Shown in pieces: positions 21,641 through 33,196 of a stretch of 64,000 bases of DNA. The position numbers and the translations under genes were made by a program. The notes beneath the pieces were generated by a model, which was given only the letters and a program-made list of their open reading frames with translations, was not told where the DNA came from and ran no database searches. This stretch comes from Chrysomallon squamiferum (lineage: Eukaryota; Animalia; Mollusca). The stretch's first letter is position 1. Each line of letters starts with the position of its first letter. Where the stretch lies: contig CM022670.1 in the NCBI GenBank assembly GCA_012295275.1, positions 34,410,001 through 34,474,000 on the forward strand, written 5' to 3'.

Positions 21641-24503
21641 GTTACAGACTAAGAAATTCTCCTGTGCAGTAAAATCTGTTTATTTGTTCACACTGAACTG
21701 TTCAGAGATTCTCTCCTCTCTTCACATGTCTGCAGTTTTCACAGGTGCACTGTATTGTGAGATTTCCTGTGTATTCCGAGACAGACATTACCAAAGTAGA
21801 TGAAGCTTACAGCCTAAGAGAGCTCAGGTGTTGAGCATTTCCCCAGAGAGACAATACCCAGTGAATTAACTTACACACAATAACTCTCAGTGTAACAGAT
21901 CTGTTACATAGCAGGATGTGAGGGCTGGGAATAAGCTAATTTAATTTGTGAAAGTTCATATCATTTTCTTTTCAATATAAAATATTATGCATTTGATCCC
22001 CCTCCCACCAAAAAAAAAAAAAAAAAAAAAAAAAATAAATAAAAAATATAAAGTATATATTAGTGTGTGTATGTGTGTATATGAGTGAATATGTTTGTGT
22101 AAAATAAAAATTAAAAATGATATATGTATGTATGTATAAATTCAGAATAATGAAAACTTAAAACATGAAGATGTGATGTGATTTCAGTAAATAAAGGAAA
22201 ATAATGAAGAACCATATTTGATAAAAGTATTAAGCACCTGTTGTAAAGTTTATAAAACATACCTTTGAGAATAATAATTTTCTTAATCTTCCTTTAAAAG
22301 TTTCTTTGCTACAAACGATATATCTGGATTTTATGTTCATTCAAACATATTTGATTGTTTGTGGGTTTTAAAAGAAAATGAAAATGTATTGAAAGCTTAG
22401 TATACCTAGATGTTTTTAATCACAGTCTATTGAGATTCATACAAACACACACACATACAGAGAGAAAAACCAGCAAAAAACGACACACAAATATAAACAA
22501 ACTACCCTTAAGATAGCTACATAACTCTATAACACATAACTAAAATTTTAATTTTTTTATTTGTTACAGGTGAGTGTTACGTGGGCACTGGGCGGTGGTA
22601 CAATGGGACAGTGAATGTCACGAGGTCTGGCAAGGTGTGTCAGGCGTGGTCCTCCAACTTCCCCCACAAACACGACCGACCCCCGACCACGTTTGTCGAG
22701 CTGGAGAACTCAGAAAATTACTGTCGCAATCCAGGCTCCGAGGAGGCGAGTCCCTGGTGCTACACGATGGACAAGTTCACCCGCTGGGAGTTCTGTGACG
22801 TCCCCAGCTGTGGTATGTCTTCCTGATTTGTACTATCAAAAAATAAAAAATATTAAAAAGTCTTTTAGAAATGTTAATGAAATTTGAGTGAAAAAAGCCC
22901 TGAAATGGCTTGCAAATCTAATCAGTCCCATTTTCAACAGCAAAGGTTTGAAAATTATGTTGTTGTTGTTGTTGTTGTTTGGTTGGGTTGGTTTTTTGGG
23001 GGTTTGTTTGTTTGTTTTAATTTTTTGTTTGTTTTCTTTTTACAATTTCAAAAGATTCGGTAAAGAAACAAATGTACACACTTAATTTTTTTTTTACATA
23101 ATTTTCCTTATTGCTGTTATCTGTGGTTTTTTATTAAAAACAATACATTTCCTAAATTAAACTGTTAAAAATAATTGTATATGTTAAGAATTCATAAACA
23201 TTTTAAATTAAACTGAACGAAGACTACTGAAAATAACCTGTACATTTTTGTTAACAATAACAATTACAAATTCTTCTTGTTTTTCTTCTCACACCTTTGT
23301 TTAATTTTAGATAATGAAACTCTTCCTGAAGGAGAAAACTTAGACATATATGGAAAAGAGAAGGAAGAGAGTCAGCCAAAGTTCACCCTCCTTGCTATTT
23401 TCATCATCACAATTGTAGCCTCTGTCGGAGTGATTGTCTTAGGTCTGATTGCAGCTCTCTGTTACCATCTGCTGGCTCATGGCCGATCTGTCAAATACAA
23501 TGCTACTCCACAAGAAGACCTTGACATAGATATTGAGAAACTCCCCCAGAATGAGTCTTACCACCTGATGAAAGAGAAATTACATATCAATCCAAAACTG
23601 GAGAGCTTGGAGTACCCCAGGAACGATATTGTGTACATAAGGGATATAGGTCAAGGGGCTTTTGGCCGTGTTTTCAAAGCCAGAGCTCCCAACATCGGGA
23701 AGGAAGACTTCACTCTAATTGCTGTAAAGATGCTGAAGGACGATGCTTCAGATGATCTGCAGTTAGACTTCGAAAGAGAGGCTTCGCTCATGGCCAATTT
23801 TTCACACCCAAACATTGTGAAACTTCTGGGCGTGTGTGCCATAGGAAAGCCCATGTGTTTGCTTTTCGAGTTCATGAGCAAAGGAGATTTAAACGAATTC
23901 CTCAGACTGTGCAGCCCAGAGCACTACATCACACATCCTCATTCAGACTTCTTCGGCTACGAGGTGGCTAACATAGACCTCGTGGACCAGCTGTATATAT
24001 CAAAACAGGTTTCTGCCGGAATGGTGTATTTATCTTCCAAAGGCTACGTGCACAGAGACCTCGCCACGAGGAACTGCTTAGTCAGTGACGACTTGACAGT
24101 GAAAATATCCGACTTCGGGTTAGCGCGGAGTGTGCACAGTGTCGAGTATTACAAAGGCACGGAGAACGATGCCATTCCCATTCGGTGGATGCCTCTGGAA
24201 GCAATTCTCTACAACAAATTCTCAATAAAATCGGACGTGTGGTCATTCGGGGTGGTGCTGTGGGAGATATACACGTTTGCGCTGCAGCCTTACTACGGCA
24301 TGACGCACGAGGAGGTGGTCAAGTTCCTCAAGGAAGGGAATGTTCTCGGCAAGCCGGAGAACACAATACCACAGATTTACGAAATAATGAGGACATGTTG
24401 GAATAAGAAACCTTCTTTAAGACCTTCGTTCCAGTCACTTCAGGACTCGCTCGAAGCTTTGTATGAGGATCGGAAAAAGAAAAGGAAAAAGGAAAATATT
24501 TGA
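8658..24503 (+). CDS. MUSK: MuSK/Nrk-like receptor tyrosine kinase (Fz-CRD, kringle, TM, tyrosine kinase); 5'-partial, 4 coding exons in window: 8658-8912, 14339-14532, 22570-22812, 23311-24503
   Basis: Exons join in frame through GT-AG introns of phase 2, 1, 1. MuSK/Nrk signature segments are [54 protein letters not shown] and [12 protein letters not shown]. No signal-peptide or Ig exon was recognised in 1-8657. Confidence 0.9.
10941..11595. repeat. Intronic minisatellite, 78-bp unit, about 8 imperfect copies
   Basis: Unit gtgatttctgtgacagctgtgatgttgtgtgttgtaactgtaacagaatgtaaagtcttgctgtgtaaatgtaagtta; the overlapping ORFs show a 26-aa period. Confidence 0.95.
12271..12340 (+). mobile_element. 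Probable decayed SINE core (MetaSINE-like)
   Basis: gtgtatcaaagactgtggtatgtgct...tacataaa...ttgctg resembles, from memory, the conserved core GGTATATCAAAGGCCGTGGTATGTGCTATCCTGTC...GCATATAAAAGATCCCTTGCTG of a SINE common in molluscs. Not verified by a search. Confidence 0.4.
14339..14532 (+). CDS. MUSK: MuSK-like exon: C-terminal half of Fz-CRD
   Basis: ttttag|G acceptor and A|gtacgt donor. Peptide (R)[64 protein letters not shown] continues the upstream exon in phase 2. Confidence 0.88.
15895..16405. repeat. Degenerate tandem repeat, about 150-165-bp unit, 3-4 copies
   Basis: aataacct(g/c)tca..gaa.tatgttgatga recurs near 15899, 16047, 16212 and 16371; ggga(a)gataactct recurs near 15977, 16122 and 16288. 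Confidence 0.75.
16911..17347. repeat. Minisatellite: 26-bp monomers changing to 52-bp dimers
   Basis: About 7 copies of tgagattctcagaagtatttttg(aat/tgt), then about 5 copies of agtta(a/c)gactcacagaaatatttgaat(a/g)ctga(g/t)gttctc(g/t)gaagtgtttttg. Confidence 0.93.
19601..19858. repeat. Old tandem duplication, about 130 bp x2
   Basis: ggaccaatttgt..catcctt..aaattcaaattataa..tgtaaaatgtt..gtaaaa occurs twice in succession. Confidence 0.75.
19992..20361. repeat. Minisatellite, 36-bp unit
   Basis: acaaagaacttcaccactaaacacacacttacac(a/g), about 8 copies with internal rearrangements; gives 12-aa-period ORFs. Confidence 0.95.
22570..22812 (+). CDS. MUSK: MuSK-like exon: kringle domain (243 nt, phase 1-1)
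   Basis: ttacag|GT acceptor and G|gtatgt donor. [26 protein letters not shown]...[33 protein letters not shown] has 6 Cys plus the NYCRNP and PWCYT kringle motifs. Confidence 0.93.
23311..24503 (+). CDS. MUSK: MuSK-like terminal exon: TM helix, juxtamembrane region and full tyrosine kinase domain
   Basis: ttttag|AT acceptor. TM segment [26 protein letters not shown]. Kinase motifs [28 protein letters not shown] and SDVWSFG are all intact. TGA at 24501-24503. Confidence 0.95.
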
Positions 24504-26945
24504 GATGGAAAAAAGAAAGATATTTTAATCAGCAGTTTTTTTTTTTTTTTTTAACAGAAAGGAAGGATGTGGTTTGTGTGGTTTGACAAGAAGTCCTGCT
24601 GTTACGTACAGTCCAGTGAGAAACCTGGTTAGAAGCCTCCCAAAAAGAAGAGTTCAGTAATCAAATAACAATTGTATTTGTCTACTTAAAGCCAAAGGAC
24701 CAAAACTGAGACCATTATTTTTCTTGTATTCCTCTTACTCTTGGACACATTTCCAAAACAATGGTTGCCATGACAATTTAGCCATGGAAAAATAAAAAAA
24801 AAATAAAAAAATTGTCCGAAATCCTCAGTGGAAAAAAAAAAAAAAAAAAAAGAAGAGAAAAATATCATTCCCTGTGAAACATGTCATTACCATGAAATTT
24901 ATTTTAAAAAACAACAACAAAAAACAAACTGTGTACTTGCTATAGACTATGAGCTGTTTCCCTGGTTGCAGAGCTCAGTATAGCAGTTGAGATATTACCA
25001 ATGTTTTGTGTGATAATTCTGTATAATCAGGCTTATAAGACAATTCAGTTTGAGCCAAGACTTCTTTTGTACATTCAAACTTCTTGTACCATAATATATA
25101 TATTATATATATTAAGAACAGACAGACTTGACTAGAACTTGACTGAAGCTATGTATTTTGTTTGATGTGTGTTATTGTTTGTTTGCCCAATGTTAATAGG
25201 TCCACAAAAACTATATACCTCACCAAGGCTCCAAATTAACAATGTGTTTACATATTAGGCATTACCCTGTGCACAGTCTGAATAACTGGGGACCATTTCA
25301 TAATCTGTACTAAGGCTTTCTAGAATAGCCAGTATAACTAAATAGTGATGTCAACATCCTTTTAATTTATTTATTTACGTACTTATTTATTTATTTATTT
25401 ATTTATTTATTTGCTTATCTACTTACTTTTTTAAAAATTTATTTACTTACTTATTTATTTACTTATTTACTTATTTATTTGCTTATCTACTTGCTTTTTG
25501 TTTTTTCCATCCAGCCCAGACAAAAAGTTTAAAAATGTATATTAAATATAATTAATAAAAAAAAAAAAAAAAAAAATTAATTATGCCATTTTCAAATTTC
25601 ATATATTTTATTTTCCAAAGACATAAAAATCATAAACACATTTTATTTCTCTCAGGTCAAAATTAATTTTTATAAATAATTTATTTACAAAAAGTGGCCT
25701 TGTTATAAAAAAAAGAAAGTATTGTATATTTCCTCTGTCTTTTCTGTCAAAGACATGTATCCTGACTGGTAGGTTAAAAACAGTTTAAAAGGATATCATT
25801 ACAAATAAAAGTATATGTCTTTCCTTGTATAAAAATAAAATTTGATATCAAAATTCAGTACAAATAACACATTAAAAAAAATCTATATTTTAATATACTT
25901 TTTATTTTTAAATCAAAATTGAATACAAATGTTTAAAAAAAAAAAATTATATTTTTTATTTAGAATTAAATACAAATATTTAAATGTTAAAGCTAAAACA
26001 TAATTAAAATGTATTTTATATAACATTAAAAAAATAATTATAATAATAATATTAATTACTGATATTTTAATAATGACTATGCATAGCAGTCATCAAAACC
26101 TGACTTATTTATGAATAAAAATCTGCATTTACATTAAAAATTTATTTCTAACATCAAACTGTATTCATCTGGACATTACTGTTTTGTTTATCAGAACACA
26201 TTCTTTGTTTTCTTTATAACCATTATGTTCATCATGTGTTTTTGCATTTCAGCTTGCCTCGAACAAAATCTTAGTAAGAAAGTTATGCATGAAATTATTG
26301 TTACTGGAAATAATCACAGAGGTCACAAATTTGAATTTTTTAGAGACTGAATTTAAAGCTGGAAGTTGTGGCTATGGATGTGTTCACACAGTGCAATTTG
26401 TATTAACAATTTGTAGTCCATAATGACTATTTGGTAATTTATGTAAATTTTGCAGTTATTCAGTATATTTTTGTTGTTCTTCTCTTTAACCCTGTTCTAG
26501 TTTATGTTAAAATTAAGTCATTTTTTTTTTTTCCTTTAGACTGCTTTTGTTATAATGCATAAATTCTTATATTTAAACAAAATGAAACTACATAAAGCCA
26601 AGATTTTTTATTTGCTGATTGGTATATTATATTTTTATTTAAATGAATGATCTCACCTGTCTTTAATAACCAATGAATAAGTCAATTATCTGTCTGTCTG
26701 TTTATCTATATAACAAAAACCCAAAAGCTACAAATTGTTAATACATTTTACAGCTGTGACTGTTTGTTTTAAAAATCCATTGTCTGTGTTAGATTTTCTT
26801 TCACTGAAAGATCACAAGCTATTGTTAATAATGCTTGTTTTGTGAGTTTGGCACCTGTTTTGTCAATGAAACATTTTGTGACCATGTTACTTTGTTTTGT
26901 ACTTCACTAGAGATTGCTAATGCATGTTATCTGAGGGTAATACTA

Positions 26946-26986
<41 letters not shown>

Positions 26987-27007
26987 TTCATCAGTTAAAT
27001 ATTGTGT

Positions 27008-27255
27008 CTGTCAGACTGTGTTTCACAGAATGATCAAATCATGATATGACTGTCAGATTATATTTCTCAAAAAGAACACTGTCAGATTGTGATGCATCAA
27101 AAAAAATCACTGATTGAGTTTCACAAACTGATCAGTATCAGATTGTATGTCACAAAATGATCAGTGTCAGATTGTGTTTCACAAATTGATCAGTGTTGGA
27201 CTGTGTTTCACAGTGATCAAATTGTGATCTGTTTCTGTCAGACAGTTTCACAAAA
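27008..27255. repeat. Degenerate short tandem repeat (about 27-30 bp) in probable MuSK 3' UTR
   Basis: Recurrent tgtcagattgtgtttcacaaaatgatcag variants. Confidence 0.7.
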
Positions 27256-30200
27256 AGAGCCAGGTTTTGCCTTGATTTATTTATTGACATATCACTTTTG
27301 TTTTTTTTTTTTTTTTTTTTTTTTGTTTGCCATCGTTGAGAATGGCAGTGTTTTGTGTTCAGATGTTAATTTAGTTGTTCTGTTACACGCTGTATCAAAA
27401 TAGTTCTTTGTATCATTGTATCATTATTTAGACCACTCAAGTAATGCCTTCATTTTGTACACTCGAAATTTTCTTCTTGTTCTTTTGTATTTTGGGGCCA
27501 AAAAAAAACAAATAATGGGGAAAAGTTAGAAAATCAAAACAGTTAAAAATAAACATTTGTTTTAGTTAATTTTTTATGTAAATGATTCCACAAAAAAGAT
27601 GACATGAATATGTATAATTTCTCATGGCTGCGTACTGTGTAATGTTTCTATGTACTGATGCTGTGTATTCTGTAAGTGAAATACATATGAAAATATCTGG
27701 TAGGTTAAAATAAAGGTTTTTTTATAACAGTTTGTTATACAAATAATAAAAAGTACTGTATTTAAGAGTTAAATACCTAGAAAATTAAATGTTTAAGATA
27801 TTTATTAATTTGTAATTTAATAAACCCCAAAATAAATCTTATATTCTTGAACTTGAATTTCTTACAAATATTTTCTAATTAAAATAAAAGGCAAGTAGAA
27901 TGTATGTATATAAATTCCATAATCCTCTGGAAATAATACAAGGCTGTTAATGATAACATCATAACATTTTCTAATAAGATTTTTGTTGGAAACGATCAAA
28001 TTTAAAATATCTTTTTATAATTTTTTTATATAAATTATTTCATCCTGTGGGAAATAAAACAGGATTACTACTTTCAACAACTAGGTTTTGAGTGCGTTAT
28101 TTATTGCTAAAAGATCAAATTTAAATCTGTAAAATAACAGTAACAAATAAATTGAAAATTTCTTAAATAACTTTATGAATCTCTGATAATTTAATGCTGC
28201 CATTCATGGAAGAAGATGGCCCAGAATTTGCCATTTTGAACTAAAATATTTTCAAAAAGTGACACAGAAATGTTTGGAGTTTTGGACATGAAGAACTGTT
28301 TTGAGAGAGCATTTTGTGATGTTTGATATATATATAAATATGAAAACATATTTTTTCCTCATTTGTTCCATTTGTTTCATCCAGTGTGTGTATATCTTTA
28401 TATGTACATATACGTACACGTTGAACAAAACATGCCCATATTGTGGAATAGTGGTTAATGCATTATTATGATTTATTTATTAACAAACAAAGAAGAGATG
28501 TTTCTAAACCTGCTGAGTTTAACCATTTTCAGGTTTTGTACAGTCGTTTCACAAAATTGGTTAAGCATAGATTTTAATATTAAAAAAAAAAAAAAAAAAA
28601 TAATAAGTAAAAATAAAATGTTTAATTTTTTATTTGAAGTTTACATGTGTAGTTTTATTTTTGGGGGACAAGGATTTCTGTGTAGAAAATGAATTAGAAA
28701 AAACAGAAAAGTAATTATAGTGAAGTCTTCTTTCTCAGTGTATTTTGTTGATTTGCTTCTGTTAACAAAGATACATTTCGTGATGTTCATCTTTTGTAAA
28801 TTCCCATTTGTTTTACTTTACAGAATATTGATAGCCTTTGTTTTCTTTTACTTTCATTTCAGAAATGTTGCTTTCTTTTTTCTTTTTCTTTTTTTGTGGG
28901 GATTTTATTTCAGTTTGTTTTCATTTTGGATTTATGTTTTTCTTTTTTCTTTTTTTTTTTTTTTTTTTCACCTTTCTAGAGAGCGAAACCAAAATGAGGC
29001 AGAAAAGTTCGTTCTTTTCAGACTTGTTCATTTAAAGATAAAAAATATATTAATAATAATATAAAATTCGAAAACTGGTTTAATTTATTGCCAGCTTATT
29101 TGCGTAAGTTACATATATTTTAATTAATTCAGTTAAATATTGTGTTCATCACAAATCAAAAAAAGTAATCAAGATACGTCTTCATATATCTTCTATCTTT
29201 TTTCTTCTTTTTTTCCTGAGGGTTGTCAACTTTGCAAATATTTTTTGGGACATAATTACTTTAGTTAAATTCAAAATTCTTTCACTTTTCATGCTGTATA
29301 GGTTCATTTAGTTAAAACTTGATAAAGCAATTTACTTCTGTACCTAAACTCGTAAGTGTATTTTTCGCGTGGATTTCTCTTAATGACGTTTGAGATAAGA
29401 TTGTGCAGAAGCTGGTGCTAAAGGATTCTTTGAACAGAACCATCAGACTTTAATCCAGACATTAAAATTTAAATGCTTTTATTTAATGTGACATACTGGG
29501 CATTTCACTAAACACAAATACGTGTGTATTAAAGTCGTGTTTTTTTAACACGAGATAACCAACGACTGAACAAAGACGTGACGTCATATAGATCGTCAGA
29601 AGAACTTGGTCGGATCAAATCGGTATTCTTCGGTTTCAGTACCAAGAGAGGAGAGCTATATATAATTTTTTAATTTTTCTCCAACTAGCGTTTTTTTTTC
29701 TTCTTCTTCTTCATCTTTGTAATAAAACGTATTCGTATTTAGCCACCTACTCTGAAAACCTCAACTGCCATTAGCATTCAGACTGAGGCAGACGTAAAAT
29801 ACGAGCGATTTTGTTGTGCGTTCTCGTAACTATTACCAGAATCTAGGAATGAAAAGAAACAATAAGAAGAAAAAGAAGAATTTAAAAGGTGCACAGAAAT
29901 GAAATAAAGTTGGTTGAGGTTTAGACTCGTTAAATAATTGCTATAAACTTTAAAACCGTAATCCAGGAAAAAATGAAATTTTTAAACAGGAAGGAGTGGA
30001 TGTTTTTTGTTGTTTAAACTGAATATCTTTTTCTGAATCAGACTTCATTAGATTTGATCGATTTGGTGAAAGGTACGCGATACAGTAGATACTTTTGTTG
30101 AGTTCTAAAGCAAGAACAAAATATCCCGTGATAATAATAGTAATAAATATATTATTAAGTGTTTCTACTGTTTATTAAGACGCAATTTCGTAAAATCGTA

Positions 30201-33084
30201 AAGTAACAATTATAATAATAATCTAAAATATGCTACTGGAAATCATCAAGTCTTGATTATGGATGGTTCACAACTTCTTCCTTTATCCGAGTCAAAAGGT
30301 GCTCGAGTGATTAATGTCAAGAGGTTTACTGTACATCACAGGCCAGCAATGACGTTTCTGAAAATGATGGTCCATGAACAGATTTTGATTTTCGTTATCT
30401 CGCTATTTCGTTACGTTAAAACTGTTCATCGCCGTAAACGTCGAGTGGGCTTGTAAGTTAAGAAAACAGACAGCGTCTGTTGAAAGGAAATCATTCCAGT
30501 CCTCATTCAAATGTCGCGGAATGATTTCTGCATGATGAAAAATTGATGACACACGATTCATCCTGAAATTCAGAGCTGCACGAAGCGCTTGCTTCCTTCC
30601 TTTTTCACCCTACCCACGTTTTTTATTATTATTATTAGGTTTTGGTATGAGATCGTTTCGGGTCGTTTTTGGGGGGGGTTTTTGTTTGATTTTTGTTTGA
30701 TTGTTTTTCATTTCTTCATTATAGTGGATCTCGTTTTACCTTGAATGTGCCTTCCCTTTTCTAAAAACTTGGATACCCTCGCCGTTTTGATTATCACCCA
30801 TTTTTATTGTCTTTAAAGACTGTTCACGAAGAAGAAAAACGATCTTTTTTTTTTTTTGTATAATGGAAAATAATGTATCTTCTTTTATTTTTCTTAATTC
30901 CCTCAGCTTTTTATTTGCAAATGTTCCTTATATTTAATTCATTGAGATATGTATATGATTTGCTACATCCTAGTGTGAAATACAAACTGTACATAATTAA
31001 TAATAATGCATTAACCAAACTATTCCATTCACATTGTTTATGTCTTACATGTACCCAAAGTGTTATACAGACATTCTTTTTCTGATGTCATCAAATGAAT
31101 TTAAAACAAAAAAATGTAAATAAAGTATTCTATATGAACTTTGATTTGTTTTATTTCATGAGATATAAAATAGAAAAACACTAACGATTTATTATTTATT
31201 TATTTATTAGTAGTAGTAGAAGTAGTAGTAGTAGCAACAGTGGTAGTAGTAGCAGTATTATTGCTAGTATTGTTTCTTGTTTAAAGACATTTAAGAATTT
31301 AAAAAAAGGAGTACTGCTCCAGTACGTGGATCCTGGCATTAACGTGAAGCTGTATTCAAGAAGTTGATTAATAATTAAATTTTTTCATATGAAGATCAAA
31401 ATTTTCATAACTGTTAGCAATTTTAATATTAATTAATTTTCATATTAAGAAACTTAATATTTGAACATTTACGCAAGTTGAAGTGACTTTCTACAATGTT
31501 TTATTCTAAAGCATATTACGACTCATGTATCATTGATGGGTGAACAAATGCTGTATCATAAATAACTCGTCCATTCTTTTTCTCCATTAAGACTGTGTAA
31601 AATAATAATATCTCTTACTCAAGGTTCGTAATGACACACAACAAAATTACACTCAGTTTGGACACAGAATCTCCAAAAGATTCAAAGTTTTTATCCCTAA
31701 CAAATAACGAAAGTGGAGGAAAAAAAATAATTCACACAGTTTGTTAAGGAAAACAATGAACTGTTGGATGCTACAACCCTCACTACACACAAAACCACTC
31801 CTATCCTATAGTATCAGAAATTATCTTCATACGCTTCCAGCCTGGCAAGATCCTGAACAGATGTGAAATTGTTATTGTCAGCCTTGTTCCTGTTAACACT
31901 GACTCGGCATTAGTTTAATTTATACTGTTTTCAAGAGGTGAATATCAATACAGAGCATGTATATGTATATGTATCTGAGTGTTTGTGTGAATGTAAATGA
32001 TCCATCATTTCCTCGGTCGCACGGTATAGACTTGAAAAACTTTTCTCAGGGCTTTTCTTCTTATCACTAATACTAAGTATTTCTTTTGTTATTATTATTA
32101 TTATTACAATTGAAGTATGTTTTAGTGTAGTTATCACGTAAATTCGTTCATTAATTTCAGACAGTTTATGTATATTGCGATGTACACGTATATTGAAACA
32201 TAATCATAAATAATTAATTAGATCGAATAAAGATTATTAATTTTATTGTATTTAAAGAAAACAAAGAAGAAGAGAACACCACAAATTGTTTTTCGCCTGC
32301 ATTGTAAGCATAATTTGCTGAATTAGCTTTGAGGTTCTGTGGTTATCATTTTATCATGTTCCTCATATTTCATGATATTCAAAAATGTCTACACAACTTG
32401 TCGCAACATCTTGAAATCATTACTTTTCAAAAAAAAACAAAAACAAAAAATTGACAAAACACACAAATAAACACACAAAAATTAAAAAAAAATTAAATTT
32501 AAAAAGACAACGTGATGAAATAACGAAAAAAGCCAGAAAGAAAGAAATAAATGAAACAAACGAAAGAAAAGACAAACATATTGTACATTTTTAGCACGAG
32601 TGAAAAACGATCTGTGAAAACAGAACTGTCACAGAACGTTTTAATAAAGACGCGGAATCAATTAGACTTGAAGGTCGCAAATGGCTTCGTGAACACAACG
32701 CCGTCAGATACACATCTTCACTCGCTCACTTCTTGGAATCGCTCCATCGACTTGCAGGGAAATCCTGCTTTGTTAAAGGGGCTTTGAACATACACGTGTA
32801 TCATAACTGCTTTTCGTTCGCAAACAATGTTTAAAAGACAATAATAATACTAGTAACTGAGAACGTATTATTATTATTATGATGGACCATCTTTAGTTGC
32901 GGTACTGATATATTCGGAATATAATTATTATTTTAGTTTGTTGATTTAATAACAAAATGTCACTATTACTTGTTTGGTTTAGAACATTGCATATTTTTTT
33001 TTTTTATTATTAATTTACTAATGTTATTGTTAATATGGTAAACTGTTAAATACCTAATTTAAAAAAAAAAAAGTGATTCATAAC

Positions 33085-33086
<2 letters not shown>

Positions 33087-33179
<93 letters not shown>

Positions 33180-33196
33180 TGTGTGTGTGTGTGTGT
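33087..33196. repeat. (GA)n-(GT)n microsatellite
   Basis: Directly visible. Confidence 0.95.

Noticed and set aside
23311-24503. Assignment to ROR or Trk rather than MuSK/Nrk
   Set aside because: Fz plus kringle also fits ROR, but [35 protein letters not shown] and the very short C-terminal tail are MuSK/Nrk features. There is no ROR-type Ser/Thr/Pro-rich tail.
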